Of a stretch of DNA of 64,000 nucleotides, positions 46,553-57,788 are shown in pieces. Below the pieces are notes generated by a model that was given only the letters and a program-made list of their open reading frames with translations, was not told the origin of the DNA and did not search any database. A program made the position numbers and the translations under genes. Source of the DNA: an uncultured Bacteroides sp. (GTDB lineage Bacteria; Bacteroidota; Bacteroidia; Bacteroidales; Bacteroidaceae); NCBI RefSeq assembly GCF_945607605.1, contig NZ_CALYZE010000004.1. One strand, written 5' to 3'. Each line of letters starts with the position of its first letter. The first letter of the stretch is position 1.

Positions 46553-46623
46553 GAAAGTTAATATTAAGTATATAAATATCAAGGCACTGAGCCCACAAGA
46601 AGTCAATAATCAACAAATCAGAA

Positions 46624-47622
46624 TTATATAAAGTTTACTTCTGGAAAAATCTCAATCCGAAATTTTTCATAAACTGAAGCTCTCACAGCATCCGACAAGG
46701 CTACAATATCACTACCTGTAGCACCACCCAGATTAACGAGCACTAATGCCTGTTTATCATGTACAGCAGCAGGGCCTAATGCTTTACCCTTCCATCCGCA
46801 CTGATCAATCATCCATCCAGCAGGTATCTTTACACGTTCTTCATCAATATCATAATGAGGCATGGAAGGAAATTGCCGCTGCAACTCTTCAAACCGAACA
46901 CGAGACACTATAGGATTCATAAAGAAGCTTCCGGCATTACCCAGTATCTTCGGATCAGGCAACTTACTTTCACGAATCTCAATAATCACGCGGCGTAGTG
47001 TTTCTAAATCTACAATCGAATATTTTGTTAATTCCTGACGAATAGTACCGTAATCCAAAGTATAAGATTCTTTCTTCGATAAGCAGAAAGTCACATAAGT
47101 CACAAACACAGATTTCATTTCTGGACGTTTAAAGATACTTTTCCGATACGCATATTCACATTCTCTCGTTTGAAAAACACGCTTCTTCCCAAAAATGCTT
47201 ATAGTATCTACAGAAGTAATGAAGTCCTTCACTTCCACACCATAAGCTCCAATATTCTGCACTGCACTTGCTCCCACTTCACCGGGTATCAATGAGAGGT
47301 TTTCAAGCCCATACCAGCCTTTTCCCACACAATATGCCACAAAATCATCCCATATCATACCCGCACCAACACGCACCGACACTTGATTTTCATTCTCCGC
47401 TATCACTTCTATTTCTGTAATTCGCGAATGAAGTACTGTACCTTCATAATCTTTTATAAATAACAGATTACTACCACTACCGATATGCAGATAAGGCATA
47501 CTAATACCTCCTGTCTCAATCTTTTTTTGTAATTCATCTTCTGAGTGATATTCAAAGAAGCTTGAAGCTGAAACATCAATGCCAAATGTATTAGGAATCT
47601 TTTTTATCTCATCATTCATCAT
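46624..47622 (-). CDS. murB: UDP-N-acetylenolpyruvoylglucosamine reductase
   Basis: 332 aa. FAD-binding block [11 protein letters not shown] and a MurB C-terminal domain. Confidence 0.95.
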   Translation of the reverse strand: MMNDEIKKIPNTFGIDVSASSFFEYHSEDELQKKIETGGISMPYLHIGSGSNLLFIKDYEGTVLHSRITEIEVIAENENQVSVRVGAGMIWDDFVAYCVGKGWYGLENLSLIPGEVGASAVQNIGAYGVEVKDFITSVDTISIFGKKRVFQTRECEYAYRKSIFKRPEMKSVFVTYVTFCLSKKESYTLDYGTIRQELTKYSIVDLETLRRVIIEIRESKLPDPKILGNAGSFFMNPIVSRVRFEELQRQFPSMPHYDIDEERVKIPAGWMIDQCGWKGKALGPAAVHDKQALVLVNLGGATGSDIVALSDAVRASVYEKFRIEIFPEVNFI

Positions 47623-47652
47623 TGTTTTAAATCCTATGCAAAAACATATATT

Positions 47653-47726
47653 TAGGCACAGATTACATGGGTTTTACAGGTTATATTCTCCTATGAAAGC
47701 TGTAAAACCCATGTAATCTGCGCCTA
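47653..47726. repeat. Long inverted repeat (27-bp arms, 26/27 complementary, 20-nt loop)
   Basis: taggcacagattacatgggttttacag ... ctgtaaaacccatgtaatctgcgccta, starting 4 nt after the stop of the upstream (minus-strand) gene. Confidence 0.85.
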
Positions 47727-47729
47727 GAG

Positions 47730-48578
47730 TTAAATACTTGTATCTTCGTATTTATACATTTCCCACTCTCCACCCCGTTTTCGGAAATAGAAAATGACGG
47801 AAAAGCCATTGCCAATACCATTCAATTTTAGTATTTTGGTATTAGACAAATCTTCGTTCTTCTGTCCATAATTAACATTAGACAATCTATCCATCGGCAT
47901 CACCGGACGAAAAGCATACCACTGATTCAAATCAAGAGTTGTCTCTAATATTGAGAATTCATCATCCGGATCAATAGTTACAAATTGTAACGGGTCACAG
48001 ATATGACGATTTTGATATAGACTATCAGTAGCAAAACGAGTATAAAAACCTACAAAATCCTCATTTTCATCCTCTTCAATTTGACGTAAATTGATAGCTT
48101 CAAGCATCCACATACCTTTATTGCGCTGAAAATAATATTTTTTTACCATACGAGTTTTCAGATAAATCCATTCTACCTGTACAGACTTCAATGCAGTATC
48201 TCCCACCATATCCATGTCCTCTTCCTTGTCGAAAAGTAGAGTGTAATAACTCTGTTTTGTAAACAGATAGTCATGTTTCCAAAACTTTTCTTCTATTTTA
48301 GAAGGAGTATCTCCGTTGTAATAAGGCAAAGGAAAAATAGTCCTCTGCCTTTGCAAGGCGTCATCCGAAGCATAATTGAAGATAAAATCATCAAACAATT
48401 CGTCTGCCTCCATCGGTTTCGGTTCTTCTTTAGACCCTGCTTCTTGTAGCGTGTCAACTCTATGGCTGATCGAATCCATCATTTCCGTAATGGAAGTAAA
48501 GGGATCCATCTTCGTCTTTCTATCTCCACATGAAAGGAGTAAAACGAGTAATGAAAATCCCAATAATATTTTTTTCAT
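47730..48578 (-). CDS. Conserved lipoprotein (DUF4348-like)
   Basis: 282 aa with lipoprotein signal MKKILLGFSLLVLLLSC. Family assignment from memory. Confidence 0.5.
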   Translation of the reverse strand: MKKILLGFSLLVLLLSCGDRKTKMDPFTSITEMMDSISHRVDTLQEAGSKEEPKPMEADELFDDFIFNYASDDALQRQRTIFPLPYYNGDTPSKIEEKFWKHDYLFTKQSYYTLLFDKEEDMDMVGDTALKSVQVEWIYLKTRMVKKYYFQRNKGMWMLEAINLRQIEEDENEDFVGFYTRFATDSLYQNRHICDPLQFVTIDPDDEFSILETTLDLNQWYAFRPVMPMDRLSNVNYGQKNEDLSNTKILKLNGIGNGFSVIFYFRKRGGEWEMYKYEDTSI

Positions 48579-48596
48579 CTTTTGCAGACCTTACGG

Positions 48597-49553
48597 TCAC
48601 TTTTTTAATTTAGCTCTTAATTTTTCAAGCATATCTTCAGTCATTGATTCCAAGTTGTACTGTGGTTGCCAATCCCACTCTTCACGAGCACAAGTATCAT
48701 CTAAAGAATCTGGCCAACTATCGGCAATAGCTTGTTTCAACGGATCTATATTATATGTCATCTCAAAATCGGGTACATGCTTCTTTATTTCCAGGTAAAT
48801 TTGTTCCGGATCAAAACTCATAGAAGCGATGTTAAATGCATTGCGATGTTTCAATCTGGCTGGAGCCGCTTCCATTAAAGAAATTGCTGCATTTATCGCA
48901 TCAGGCATATACATCATATCCATATAAGTTCCAGCCTTCACAGGACATACAAAACTCTCTCCTTTTACGGCAGAATAAAATATATCCACTGCATAATCAG
49001 TTGTACCACCACCCGGAGGGGTTACATTCGAAATAATTCCCGGAAAGCGTACTGCCCGGGTATCTACTCCATATTTTGTATAATAATAATCACTTAACAA
49101 TTCAGTAGTTACTTTTGTTACGCCATACATCGTACGAGGACGTTGAATTGTATCTTGCGGTGTCTTTATATGTGGGGTATCTTCTCCGAATGAGCCGATA
49201 GAGCTTGGAGTAAATACAGCACAGTTGTATTCACGTGCTACTTCCAGCACATTCCATAGCCCGTCAATGCCTATTTTCCATGCCATTGCCGGACGACTTT
49301 CAGCAACTACAGAAAGCAAAGCAGCCAGATTGTATATTGTATCAATTTTAAATTGTCGTGCAACCACTTCAATCGACTGACGATCTGTAACATCGGCAAT
49401 GGCCGAAGGCCCTGATGCTTTCAACTCACCCTTAGGCATAGCACTCGGAATGTATCCAGCTACAACATGATCATCTCCATAACGTTTACGCAACTCCAAT
49501 GTAAGCTCTGAGCCTATCTGCCCAGTAGCTCCAATTACCAAAATATTTTTCAT
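48597..49553 (-). CDS. tdh: L-threonine 3-dehydrogenase, NAD-dependent epimerase/dehydratase (SDR) type
   Basis: 318 aa. Rossmann motif GATGQIGSEL and YxxxK (YGVTK). Divergent from kbl, the usual partner. Confidence 0.8.
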   Translation of the reverse strand: MKNILVIGATGQIGSELTLELRKRYGDDHVVAGYIPSAMPKGELKASGPSAIADVTDRQSIEVVARQFKIDTIYNLAALLSVVAESRPAMAWKIGIDGLWNVLEVAREYNCAVFTPSSIGSFGEDTPHIKTPQDTIQRPRTMYGVTKVTTELLSDYYYTKYGVDTRAVRFPGIISNVTPPGGGTTDYAVDIFYSAVKGESFVCPVKAGTYMDMMYMPDAINAAISLMEAAPARLKHRNAFNIASMSFDPEQIYLEIKKHVPDFEMTYNIDPLKQAIADSWPDSLDDTCAREEWDWQPQYNLESMTEDMLEKLRAKLKK

Positions 49554-49590
49554 TCGACTTATTTATAAGGTGTTCGTTTGTATTAAAGCG

Positions 49591-49598
49591 CAAATATA
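49591..49598 (-). promoter_or_regulatory. -7 box (TATATTTG on minus strand) for tdh
   Basis: The plus strand reads caaatata, 38 nt upstream of the tdh start. Confidence 0.4.
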
Positions 49599-49708
49599 CA
49601 CACTTTTTTTTCATTTTTCTATCAAAAAGAAATTGTTTATTTCAATAAAAATCATGTCCTTTGCAAAGCATGTTCTTTACATACATCACCATTAAATATT
49701 AAATCACT

Positions 49709-50896
49709 ATGTACGGTAAAATGAAAGATTATCTCAACAAAACACTTGCTGAAATTAAAGAAGCCGGACTCTACAAAGAAGAACGACTGATTGAAAGTGC
49801 ACAACAAGCTGCCATTAAGGTGAAAGGCAAAGAAGTACTAAACTTTTGTGCGAATAATTATTTGGGTCTATCGAACCATCCCAACCTAATTGCTGCAGCA
49901 CAAAAAATAATGGAGCACCGCGGTTATGGAATGTCGTCCGTACGTTTCATTTGTGGAACGCAAGATATTCACAAAGAATTGGAAACTGCCATCTCCGATT
50001 ACTTCAAAACTGAAGACACGATTCTTTATGCTGCTTGTTTCGATGCCAACGGTGGCGTATTCGAACCTCTTTTCACCGAAGAAGATGCCATTATCTCCGA
50101 CGCTTTGAATCATGCTTCTATTATTGACGGCGTACGCCTTTGTAAAGCCAAGCGCTATCGCTATGCTAATGCCGACATGGCAGATCTCGAAAGATGCCTG
50201 CAAGAGGCTCAAGCTCAACGCTTCCGTATTGTTGTTACAGATGGTGTTTTTTCTATGGACGGTAATGTAGCTCCGATGGACCAAATTTGTGATCTTGCGG
50301 AGAAATACGATGCATTGGTTATGGTAGATGAATCTCACTCTGCCGGTGTAGTAGGTTCTACAGGACATGGAGTTAGTGAACTGTACAATACTTACGGACG
50401 AGTAGATATTTATACCGGTACTTTAGGTAAAGCTTTCGGTGGCGCTTTGGGAGGATTCACTACGGGACGTAAAGAAATCATTGCCTTGCTGCGTCAACGT
50501 AGCCGTCCTTACTTATTTTCCAATTCATTAGCTCCAGGCATCATTGGTGCTAGTTTAGAAGTCTTCAGAATGTTGAAAGAGAGCAATACCCTACATGATA
50601 AGTTAATAAACAATGTAAACTATTTCCTTGACAAAATGACGGCTGCCGGTTTTGATATCAAACCAACGCAAAGTGCTATTTGTGCCGTCATGCTATATGA
50701 TGCTAAATTATCTCAGATCTACGCAACCCGCATGCAAGAAGAAGGGATTTACGTAACCGGATTCTATTACCCGGTTGTTCCGAAAGATCAAGCACGCATC
50801 CGTGTCCAGATTTCTGCAGGTCACGAAAAAGATCATCTCGATAAATGTATTGCTGCTTTCATTAAAGTAGGAAAAGAGCTAGGTGTATTAAAGTAA
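49709..50896 (+). CDS. kbl: Glycine C-acetyltransferase (2-amino-3-ketobutyrate CoA ligase)
   Basis: 395 aa. PLP Lys in GTLGKAFGG. DESHSAG block. Confidence 0.95.
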   Translation: MYGKMKDYLNKTLAEIKEAGLYKEERLIESAQQAAIKVKGKEVLNFCANNYLGLSNHPNLIAAAQKIMEHRGYGMSSVRFICGTQDIHKELETAISDYFKTEDTILYAACFDANGGVFEPLFTEEDAIISDALNHASIIDGVRLCKAKRYRYANADMADLERCLQEAQAQRFRIVVTDGVFSMDGNVAPMDQICDLAEKYDALVMVDESHSAGVVGSTGHGVSELYNTYGRVDIYTGTLGKAFGGALGGFTTGRKEIIALLRQRSRPYLFSNSLAPGIIGASLEVFRMLKESNTLHDKLINNVNYFLDKMTAAGFDIKPTQSAICAVMLYDAKLSQIYATRMQEEGIYVTGFYYPVVPKDQARIRVQISAGHEKDHLDKCIAAFIKVGKELGVLK

Positions 50897-50923
50897 TTTT
50901 CAGACATCAAATTTAAAATCACA

Positions 50924-50967
50924 AAAGAGGGTGTGCCAAAACTGACACACCCTCTTTGCTTTTTTTA
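50924..50967 (+). terminator. Rho-independent terminator after kbl
   Basis: Perfect 12-bp stem aaagagggtgtg/cacaccctcttt followed by GCTTTTTTT. Confidence 0.75.
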
Positions 50968-50977
50968 TATAAAAAGT

Positions 50978-51460
50978 TTACTTGCGCTCTCCTAATCTTG
51001 CATCAACAAAGAAGATACCAGCAGCGCCAGCTTTCTTAATCATATCTACAATATCAGCAGCACTAGCTTCTTCTTCTACTTGTTCACGAACAAATCCCCA
51101 CAAGAAATCTTGAGAAGCTTTATCCTTTTCTACAGCAGCTACATCTACGAGATTGTCTATCATCTTAGAAATATGGCATTCATGCTCATATACCTGTTCA
51201 AATACTTCCAATGGAGTTCCGAAATCATTGGGTACAACATCGATCTTATCTAATTTAGCTTTACCACCACGCTTAATAACATAGGATGCCAATTCACAAG
51301 CGTGTCCTTTTTCTTCTGAAGATTGTTTCTTCAACCAAGAAGCCATCCCACAATAACCTTCTTTCTCCATATAGAAAGACATTGCCAAATAAAGATTTGA
51401 AGACCACAACTCAGCCGTAATCTGCCCATTAATTGCATTCTGTAATTTTTCTGTAATCAT
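50978..51460 (-). CDS. ftnA: Non-heme ferritin
   Basis: 160 aa with ferritin-like di-iron ligand pattern (ELWSSNLY..., EEKGHA..., EHE). Confidence 0.9.
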   Translation of the reverse strand: MITEKLQNAINGQITAELWSSNLYLAMSFYMEKEGYCGMASWLKKQSSEEKGHACELASYVIKRGGKAKLDKIDVVPNDFGTPLEVFEQVYEHECHISKMIDNLVDVAAVEKDKASQDFLWGFVREQVEEEASAADIVDMIKKAGAAGIFFVDARLGERK

Positions 51461-51593
51461 AATCGTATTTATTAGTTAAATTGAAATCATTACAAAAGTA
51501 ACAACAATACGCCTACATTGTTCATTCACTAACATTTTTTATATAATAAAACACAAATAATTTTACCAATAAAAAAGCTGTAGGCAATCCTTA

Positions 51594-52754
51594 TCACACC
51601 AGTTCTTCTGAAGTATATCCTTGAGGCAATTCGCGACAATTATAACTCGAAGCCATGATTTCGCCATAAGCACCGGCAGAACGAAGAGCAATGAAATCAC
51701 CACGTTTCACTGTATTGAGGTCAATGGCTTTTCCAAAGACATCAGAAGACTCACAAATAGGGCCTACCACATCATAAGTCTGTACCGGAGCATCTGAAGT
51801 AATATTCTCTATTTTATGAAACGCTTGATAGAGCGCTGGGCGTATAAGTTCTGTCATTCCCGCATCCAAAATAGCAAATTGCTTATTGGCACCCTCTTTA
51901 ACATAGAGCACGCGCGAAATAAGAGAACCACACTGACCTACAACAGAGCGTCCCAGTTCAAAATGAAGCGTCTGGTAAGGGCGCAACTTCAAGTGCTCGT
52001 CATAGGTGTTAAAATACTTTTTAAAATCAGGAATTGCTTGACGGTTGGGGTGTGCGTAATCAATACCCAAACCACCACCTACATTGATATGTTCAATACG
52101 AATACGACGCATCTCTAGTTTATCCTGCAATTCATTGATACGATTGCACAGAGCCATAAAATCCCCCATATCTAGAATCTGCGAACCGATGTGGAAATGT
52201 AATCCAATGAATTTAACATTCTTCATCTCCTGAGTCATATCAATCACATGATCCATATCCTGCAAACTAATACCGAACTTATTTTCAGCTAGTCCGGTAG
52301 TAATATTAGCATGAGTGTGTGCACCTACATTAGGATTGATTCGGAAAGCCACATTAGCAACTTTACCTTTGGCTGCTGCCAATTCATTAATGACTTCCAA
52401 CTCTGGAGCAGACTCTACATTGAAGCAAAATATATTATAATCCAGCCCCAAGTTTATTTCCCAATCTGCCTTGCCTACTCCAGCAAGAACAATCTTATCA
52501 GCAGGAAAGCCAGCTTTGACTGCGGCGCGAATCTCTCCGCCACTCACACAATCAGCTCCCAATCCATTCTCACGAATGATGGTCAAAACTTTGGAGTTAG
52601 CATTTGCTTTCACTGCATAATGTACCGAATAGTTGTCATACTTAGCCACTTCTGTACGAATGCAAGAGAGTGTATCGCGCAATAGCTTTGTATCATAATA
52701 ATAGAAAGGAGTACGCAACTCACGAAATCTATTAATAGGAAATGTTCCTTTCAT
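51594..52754 (-). CDS. lysA: Diaminopimelate decarboxylase
   Basis: 386 aa. PLP Lys in HYAVKAN, HFHIGSQ block, and GAYG near the C-terminus. Confidence 0.95.
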   Translation of the reverse strand: MKGTFPINRFRELRTPFYYYDTKLLRDTLSCIRTEVAKYDNYSVHYAVKANANSKVLTIIRENGLGADCVSGGEIRAAVKAGFPADKIVLAGVGKADWEINLGLDYNIFCFNVESAPELEVINELAAAKGKVANVAFRINPNVGAHTHANITTGLAENKFGISLQDMDHVIDMTQEMKNVKFIGLHFHIGSQILDMGDFMALCNRINELQDKLEMRRIRIEHINVGGGLGIDYAHPNRQAIPDFKKYFNTYDEHLKLRPYQTLHFELGRSVVGQCGSLISRVLYVKEGANKQFAILDAGMTELIRPALYQAFHKIENITSDAPVQTYDVVGPICESSDVFGKAIDLNTVKRGDFIALRSAGAYGEIMASSYNCRELPQGYTSEELV

Positions 52755-52780
52755 ACCTTAAAAACTAATTCTACACTTAT

Positions 52781-54100
52781 TTATCGTCCATTGAACAACC
52801 TATCGCTAAGCGCCTGCAAAGCCTTTCCTTTATCACATTCACGGATAAGGAAAGATATATTATAGTTACTTCCGCCAAATGAAATCATACGCACAGGAAT
52901 ATCATGCATAGCATCCAATGCTTTCGCTTCAAAGCCTACATTCTCCCATTCAAGGTCTCCTACTACGCAGATAATACACATATCCTTATCTACAGTCACT
53001 GTACCGTATTTTTTCAAATCATCCAGAATTTCATTCAGATGTTTCACATTATCGATAGAGACAGACACACCCACCTCGGAAGTACAAATCATGTCGATAG
53101 AGGTTTGATAGCTTTCGAAGATTTCAAATACTTTACGCAAGAAACCATGTGCTAGCAACATACGACTGGATTTAATCTTGATCGCTGTAATATTATCCTT
53201 CGCAGCTACAGCTTTGATCTTACTTTTTTCCGTATCATTTGAAATCAATGTACCCGGAGCAGTAGCATCCATGGTATTAAGCAAACGCACAGGAATATTA
53301 GCATACTTAGCAGGTTGGATGCAAGTAGGATGCAAAATTTTTGCACCAAAATACGCCAACTCAGCGGCTTCTTCAAAATGAAGATGACGCACCGGGTCTG
53401 TTTTATCCACAATACGAGGGTCATTATTGTGCATGCCGTCTATATCCGTCCAGATCTGAATCTCGGAAGCATTAATAGCAGCACCAATCAATGAAGCCGT
53501 ATAGTCACTCCCCCCACGTTGCAAATTATCAATCTCTCCATAGGCGTTGCGGCAAATATAACCTTGCGTGATGTAGATATCAGCATTGGGATGCAATTCT
53601 AACTGTGCTTGTAGTTTATCTTTGATATAAACAGGATCAGGTTCAGCATTTTTATCCGTACGCATATATTCTAAAGCCGGAAGTAACACAGAGTTCACTC
53701 CACATTCTTGCAAATAATAGTTCATCATGGCAGTAGAAATCAACTCGCCTTGAGCCAACACCACTTTTTCTTCAAACAAAGTGAAGAGATCTTTAGTGTA
53801 AGAACGGATATAGTCAAAATGAGATTTGATTAGTTCACGACCTTTCTGTTTGTACTCCGGAGTAGCAAAAAGTTCATCAATATGCTGGCGATATTTTGAT
53901 TCCAACTTATTGATAATCTCGTTGGCACCTTCCGGATTTTTCTTGTACAGATAGTCCGAAATTTCAACCAATGTGTTTGTGGTACCCGACATAGCAGAGA
54001 GAACCACAATCTTACGTTCACCATCGGTAATCAATTTGGCTACTTCTTTTATTCTCTGAGTCGAACCTACTGAAGTACCTCCAAACTTTAAAACTTTCAT
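52781..54100 (-). CDS. lysC: Aspartate kinase
   Basis: 439 aa from ATG 54100 (MKVLKFGGTSVG). C-terminal ACT domains. Confidence 0.9.
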   Translation of the reverse strand: MKVLKFGGTSVGSTQRIKEVAKLITDGERKIVVLSAMSGTTNTLVEISDYLYKKNPEGANEIINKLESKYRQHIDELFATPEYKQKGRELIKSHFDYIRSYTKDLFTLFEEKVVLAQGELISTAMMNYYLQECGVNSVLLPALEYMRTDKNAEPDPVYIKDKLQAQLELHPNADIYITQGYICRNAYGEIDNLQRGGSDYTASLIGAAINASEIQIWTDIDGMHNNDPRIVDKTDPVRHLHFEEAAELAYFGAKILHPTCIQPAKYANIPVRLLNTMDATAPGTLISNDTEKSKIKAVAAKDNITAIKIKSSRMLLAHGFLRKVFEIFESYQTSIDMICTSEVGVSVSIDNVKHLNEILDDLKKYGTVTVDKDMCIICVVGDLEWENVGFEAKALDAMHDIPVRMISFGGSNYNISFLIRECDKGKALQALSDRLFNGR

Positions 54101-54138
54101 TTTCGTTCCTGTATTAAAATTGTTATATAATTTACTTA

Positions 54139-54843
54139 TCACTCTTCTATAGACGCAGGCATTGCATATTCTGCTGTGGCATCCATCATTAGATGATCTG
54201 TGCAGCGATACACCTTCCCTGGAAATTCACGGAGCAGCTGCAAATTATGCGTAGTCATCACAACTAAGGCACCCGCTTCACTGATGTCATGTAACAAGCC
54301 TGTAATAGCACGCCCTGTCTCCACATCTAAATTCCCCGTAGGCTCATCTGCCAAAATAATATCCGGAGAATTGAGAACAGCACGCGCAATCACAATTCGT
54401 TGCTGCTCACCACCCGAAAGTTCATTAGGCAATTTATACCCCTTATTACTCATACCCACTAACGTCAGGACTTCCTCTATACGGTCTTTAATCTCTCCTC
54501 TGTTTTTCCATCCGGTAGCCCGAAGTACAAAATCAAGATTATCATAAATCGTACGGTCGGTAAGCAACTGAAAATCTTGAAAAATAATACCAAGCTTGCG
54601 ACGCAATTGCGGAATATGTTTACGCTTTACATGAAGCATATCATACCCCAGTACTTCGGCTTCTCCCGCTGCAATATCCAATTCCCCATAAAACGTTTTC
54701 AATAAGCTGGTTTTACCCGAGCCTACTTTGCCAACCAAATACACGAACTCGCCTTTGTGAAGTTTCAGATTCACATCCTTCAGCACGCACAGCTCTTGCT
54801 GGTTAATTTCTACGTCTTTATATTTTATCAGCGCTTCGCTCAC
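54139..54843 (-). CDS. ftsE: Cell-division ABC ATPase FtsE-like
   Basis: 234 aa with a GTG start. Walker A GKVGSGKTS, signature LSGGEQQR, Walker B IILADEPTGNLD. Confidence 0.75.
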   Translation of the reverse strand: MSEALIKYKDVEINQQELCVLKDVNLKLHKGEFVYLVGKVGSGKTSLLKTFYGELDIAAGEAEVLGYDMLHVKRKHIPQLRRKLGIIFQDFQLLTDRTIYDNLDFVLRATGWKNRGEIKDRIEEVLTLVGMSNKGYKLPNELSGGEQQRIVIARAVLNSPDIILADEPTGNLDVETGRAITGLLHDISEAGALVVMTTHNLQLLREFPGKVYRCTDHLMMDATAEYAMPASIEE

Positions 54844-54866
54844 TTTACTATTTATTTTTTAACAAT

Positions 54867-55475
54867 TCAGTGTTTCTTCCAATTTGCACTGTGCCGTTCT
54901 TCCAATTCATGGATGAGATCCTCAATTCGGTAACCCTTTGAGGTAAGCAGCACAATAAGATGATACAGCAAATCTGCTCCTTCATACAGCAGACGTTCAT
55001 CCGTTCCGTTACAAGCTTCAATCACAGTCTCGACGGCTTCTTCCCCTACTTTTTGTGCCATCTTATTGACGCCAGATTCAAATAAGCTGGTTGTATAAGA
55101 GCCCTCAGGCATTTCTTTATGCCGTTGTTCTATGAAGTCTTGAAGAAGTTTCAAGAACCAAACGGATGCTTCATTTTTTTCACCCCAGCAAGTATCCGTA
55201 CCAGTATGGCAAACCGGACCTACAGGATGTACCTGAATCAACAGAGTATCCTTGTCGCAATCTTCTTTCATAGAAACAACATTCAAGAAACAACCACTTT
55301 CCTCTCCTTTCGTCCAAAGACGTTTTTTTGTACGGCTGAAGAAAGTAACTTTCCCCGTTTCTACTGTTTTATCATAAGCTTCTTGGTTCATGAAGCCCAG
55401 CATCAATACTTTAGCAGTATCTGCATCCTGTATAATTGCCGGAACAAGTCCGTTCATCTTATCAAAATCCAACAT
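54867..55475 (-). CDS. hisIE: Bifunctional phosphoribosyl-AMP cyclohydrolase / phosphoribosyl-ATP diphosphatase
   Basis: 202 aa. The HisI block (GLVPAIIQD...CHTG) is fused to a HisE MazG-like C-terminus. Confidence 0.95.
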   Translation of the reverse strand: MLDFDKMNGLVPAIIQDADTAKVLMLGFMNQEAYDKTVETGKVTFFSRTKKRLWTKGEESGCFLNVVSMKEDCDKDTLLIQVHPVGPVCHTGTDTCWGEKNEASVWFLKLLQDFIEQRHKEMPEGSYTTSLFESGVNKMAQKVGEEAVETVIEACNGTDERLLYEGADLLYHLIVLLTSKGYRIEDLIHELEERHSANWKKH

Positions 55476-55591
55476 TCTAATTATAATTTAGCTATTTACG
55501 ACTTACGATTTATATTATTATTTTAATGATTGGATATCCATGCGACATTTTGAGGAATCTCAATCGCAAATCATCCAAGCCTAAATTCCTC

Positions 55592-56347
55592 TTATCTTCT
55601 CATCGCAATTCCTTGGGTGCAAAGATACAATTTTAAATCGGGAATTTTAATTTCTCCGAAGTGAAAAACACTGGCTGCCAACGCAGCATCTGCTTTCCCT
55701 TTCAGAAACACATCACGAAAATGTTCTTTCGTTCCCGCCCCGCCCGATGCGATAATAGGTATCGAGAGGCTTTCTGCCAAGGTCGCAAGAGCTTCATTAG
55801 CATATCCGGTTTTGACTCCATCATGATCCATACTAGTAAAAAGTACTTCTCCAGCTCCTCGCTCCTGTGCCTCTTTCGTCCAAGAAAAAAGCTCTTGATC
55901 TGTTTTTATACGTCCTCCGTTCAAATAACACCACCAACCTTCTTCTGTTTGCTTGGCATCTACAGCCAATACGCATACTTGCGATCCAAAATGTTTGGCA
56001 ATTTCGTCTATCAACTCAGGACGGCGGATGGCAGAAGAGTTAATTGAAATTTTATCTGCTCCGGCATTCAAAAGACGGTCCACGTCATTTAACTCATGAA
56101 TTCCCCCACCTACGGTAAAAGGAATATTGATATTGGCAGCAATACGCTTCACCAATTCAGTAAAAGTCTTTCGCTCTTCAAAGCTAGCAGTGATGTCCAG
56201 AAATACTAATTCGTCAGCCCCTTGCTCACTATAAGCACGTGCCAACTCAACCGGATCACCTGCCTGACGCAAATTCACAAAGTTGATTCCTTTTACTGTC
56301 TGCCCATCTTTAATATCCAGGCAGGGAATAATTCTTTTCGCTAACAC
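55592..56347 (-). CDS. hisF: Imidazole glycerol phosphate synthase cyclase subunit
   Basis: 251 aa. [12 protein letters not shown]... [13 protein letters not shown]. Confidence 0.95.
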   Translation of the reverse strand: MLAKRIIPCLDIKDGQTVKGINFVNLRQAGDPVELARAYSEQGADELVFLDITASFEERKTFTELVKRIAANINIPFTVGGGIHELNDVDRLLNAGADKISINSSAIRRPELIDEIAKHFGSQVCVLAVDAKQTEEGWWCYLNGGRIKTDQELFSWTKEAQERGAGEVLFTSMDHDGVKTGYANEALATLAESLSIPIIASGGAGTKEHFRDVFLKGKADAALAASVFHFGEIKIPDLKLYLCTQGIAMRR

Positions 56348-56398
56348 TAGTTTTTTAAGATTATAAGTTAAGTTGCAAACTCTTTATTAAAGTACAGT

Positions 56399-57118
56399 TT
56401 AAATAAAGCTTTCTAATTCCTTCAGACTGATACGTCCTTCGTACAAAGCCTTACCAAAAATAACAGCAGGTACGCCAGATGCTTCCAACAAACGTATATC
56501 ATCAGCACAACTCACTCCACCGCTGGCAATGAGATAGAGTTCCGGATATTGCTCTAATATTTCTTTATACAGAGTAGAGGAAGGTCCTTGTAACATTCCG
56601 TCACAATGAATATCCGTACAAATCACCTTTTTTATTCCTTTCTCTACAAATTTTCTGAGAAAAGGGAATAATTCACAAGCACTTTCGTCCTTCCAACCAT
56701 TAACGGCGATCTTGTAATCCTTCACATCTGCACCGAGAATAATCTTCTCCGAGCCATACATTTGAAGCCAACGGCAGAATTTTTCGGGATTCTTCACAGC
56801 AATACTTCCACCCGTCACCATTTGTGCTCCACTTTCAAAAGCAATGACCAAATCTTCATCACTCTTCACCCCCCCTCCAAAATCAATAACCAAGGAAGTA
56901 CGTGAAGCAATCTGTTCTAGCGTGCGATAATTTACCACGTGATGCGAAGCGGCCCCATCCAAATCAACCACATGAAGCCGACGAATACCGTGAGCTTCCA
57001 ATTCTTTGGCTACTTCCACCGGATTCTCATTATATACTTTCATACTGTCATAATCACCTTGAGAAAGTCGTACACATTTCCCTTCGATAATGTCAATGGC
57101 GGGTATCAGTTCTATCAT
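56399..57118 (-). CDS. hisA: ProFAR isomerase
   Basis: 239 aa. [18 protein letters not shown]... Confidence 0.95.
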   Translation of the reverse strand: MIELIPAIDIIEGKCVRLSQGDYDSMKVYNENPVEVAKELEAHGIRRLHVVDLDGAASHHVVNYRTLEQIASRTSLVIDFGGGVKSDEDLVIAFESGAQMVTGGSIAVKNPEKFCRWLQMYGSEKIILGADVKDYKIAVNGWKDESACELFPFLRKFVEKGIKKVICTDIHCDGMLQGPSSTLYKEILEQYPELYLIASGGVSCADDIRLLEASGVPAVIFGKALYEGRISLKELESFI

Positions 57119-57177
57119 TTTATTGTTTTTATTTACAATTAAATTCTCTACTAACGCAAGATAAGGAGATTCCTTGT

Positions 57178-57768
57178 TTACAGATTCAAGAAGTTCTGCA
57201 AAATGCGTTCTCCTATACTTCCACTCTTCTCTGGATGAAATTGTGTTGCATAATAATTATCTTTATGCAAAGCAGCGCTAAACGGGAGTGTATAATCTGT
57301 TACAGCAATCGTATAATCATTGATCGGAACATAAAAACTATGCACAAAGTAAACAAATTCTTCTTTTGTAAAGCCTTTGAACAAGTCACTTTTTGTCTGC
57401 ATAATGGCATTCCATCCCATATGAGGAATTTTATCTTCACGTCTGCAGGAAACAAAACGTTTCACATCGGCATTAAAAATCCCAAGGCCATCGACATCAC
57501 CTTCTTCCGAGTGGCGGCACATCAACTGCATTCCCAGACATATGCCTAATACCGGTTGACGCAACTCTTTTATCAGTTTATCCATTCCATTTGTACGAAG
57601 GTGATTCATCGTAGTTTCAGCTTCGCCGACGCCAGGAAATACGACTTTATCAGCCGCACGCAATACAGCTTTATCGGCTGTTATAACAGCCTCCACCCCT
57701 AAGCGCTTCAATGCATAATCCACCGAACGGATATTGCCTGCATTATACTTTATAACAGCAATTTTCAT
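57178..57768 (-). CDS. hisH: Imidazole glycerol phosphate synthase glutaminase subunit
   Basis: 196 aa. Catalytic LGICLGMQ and a QFHPEKS tail. Confidence 0.95.
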   Translation of the reverse strand: MKIAVIKYNAGNIRSVDYALKRLGVEAVITADKAVLRAADKVVFPGVGEAETTMNHLRTNGMDKLIKELRQPVLGICLGMQLMCRHSEEGDVDGLGIFNADVKRFVSCRREDKIPHMGWNAIMQTKSDLFKGFTKEEFVYFVHSFYVPINDYTIAVTDYTLPFSAALHKDNYYATQFHPEKSGSIGERILQNFLNL

Positions 57769-57788
57769 TAGCTATTTATTTGTGATGA

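Noticed and set aside
54101-54138. Lysine riboswitch in front of lysC.
   Set aside because: Only 38 nt separate lysC from the upstream ftsE-like gene, which is far too short for an L-box.
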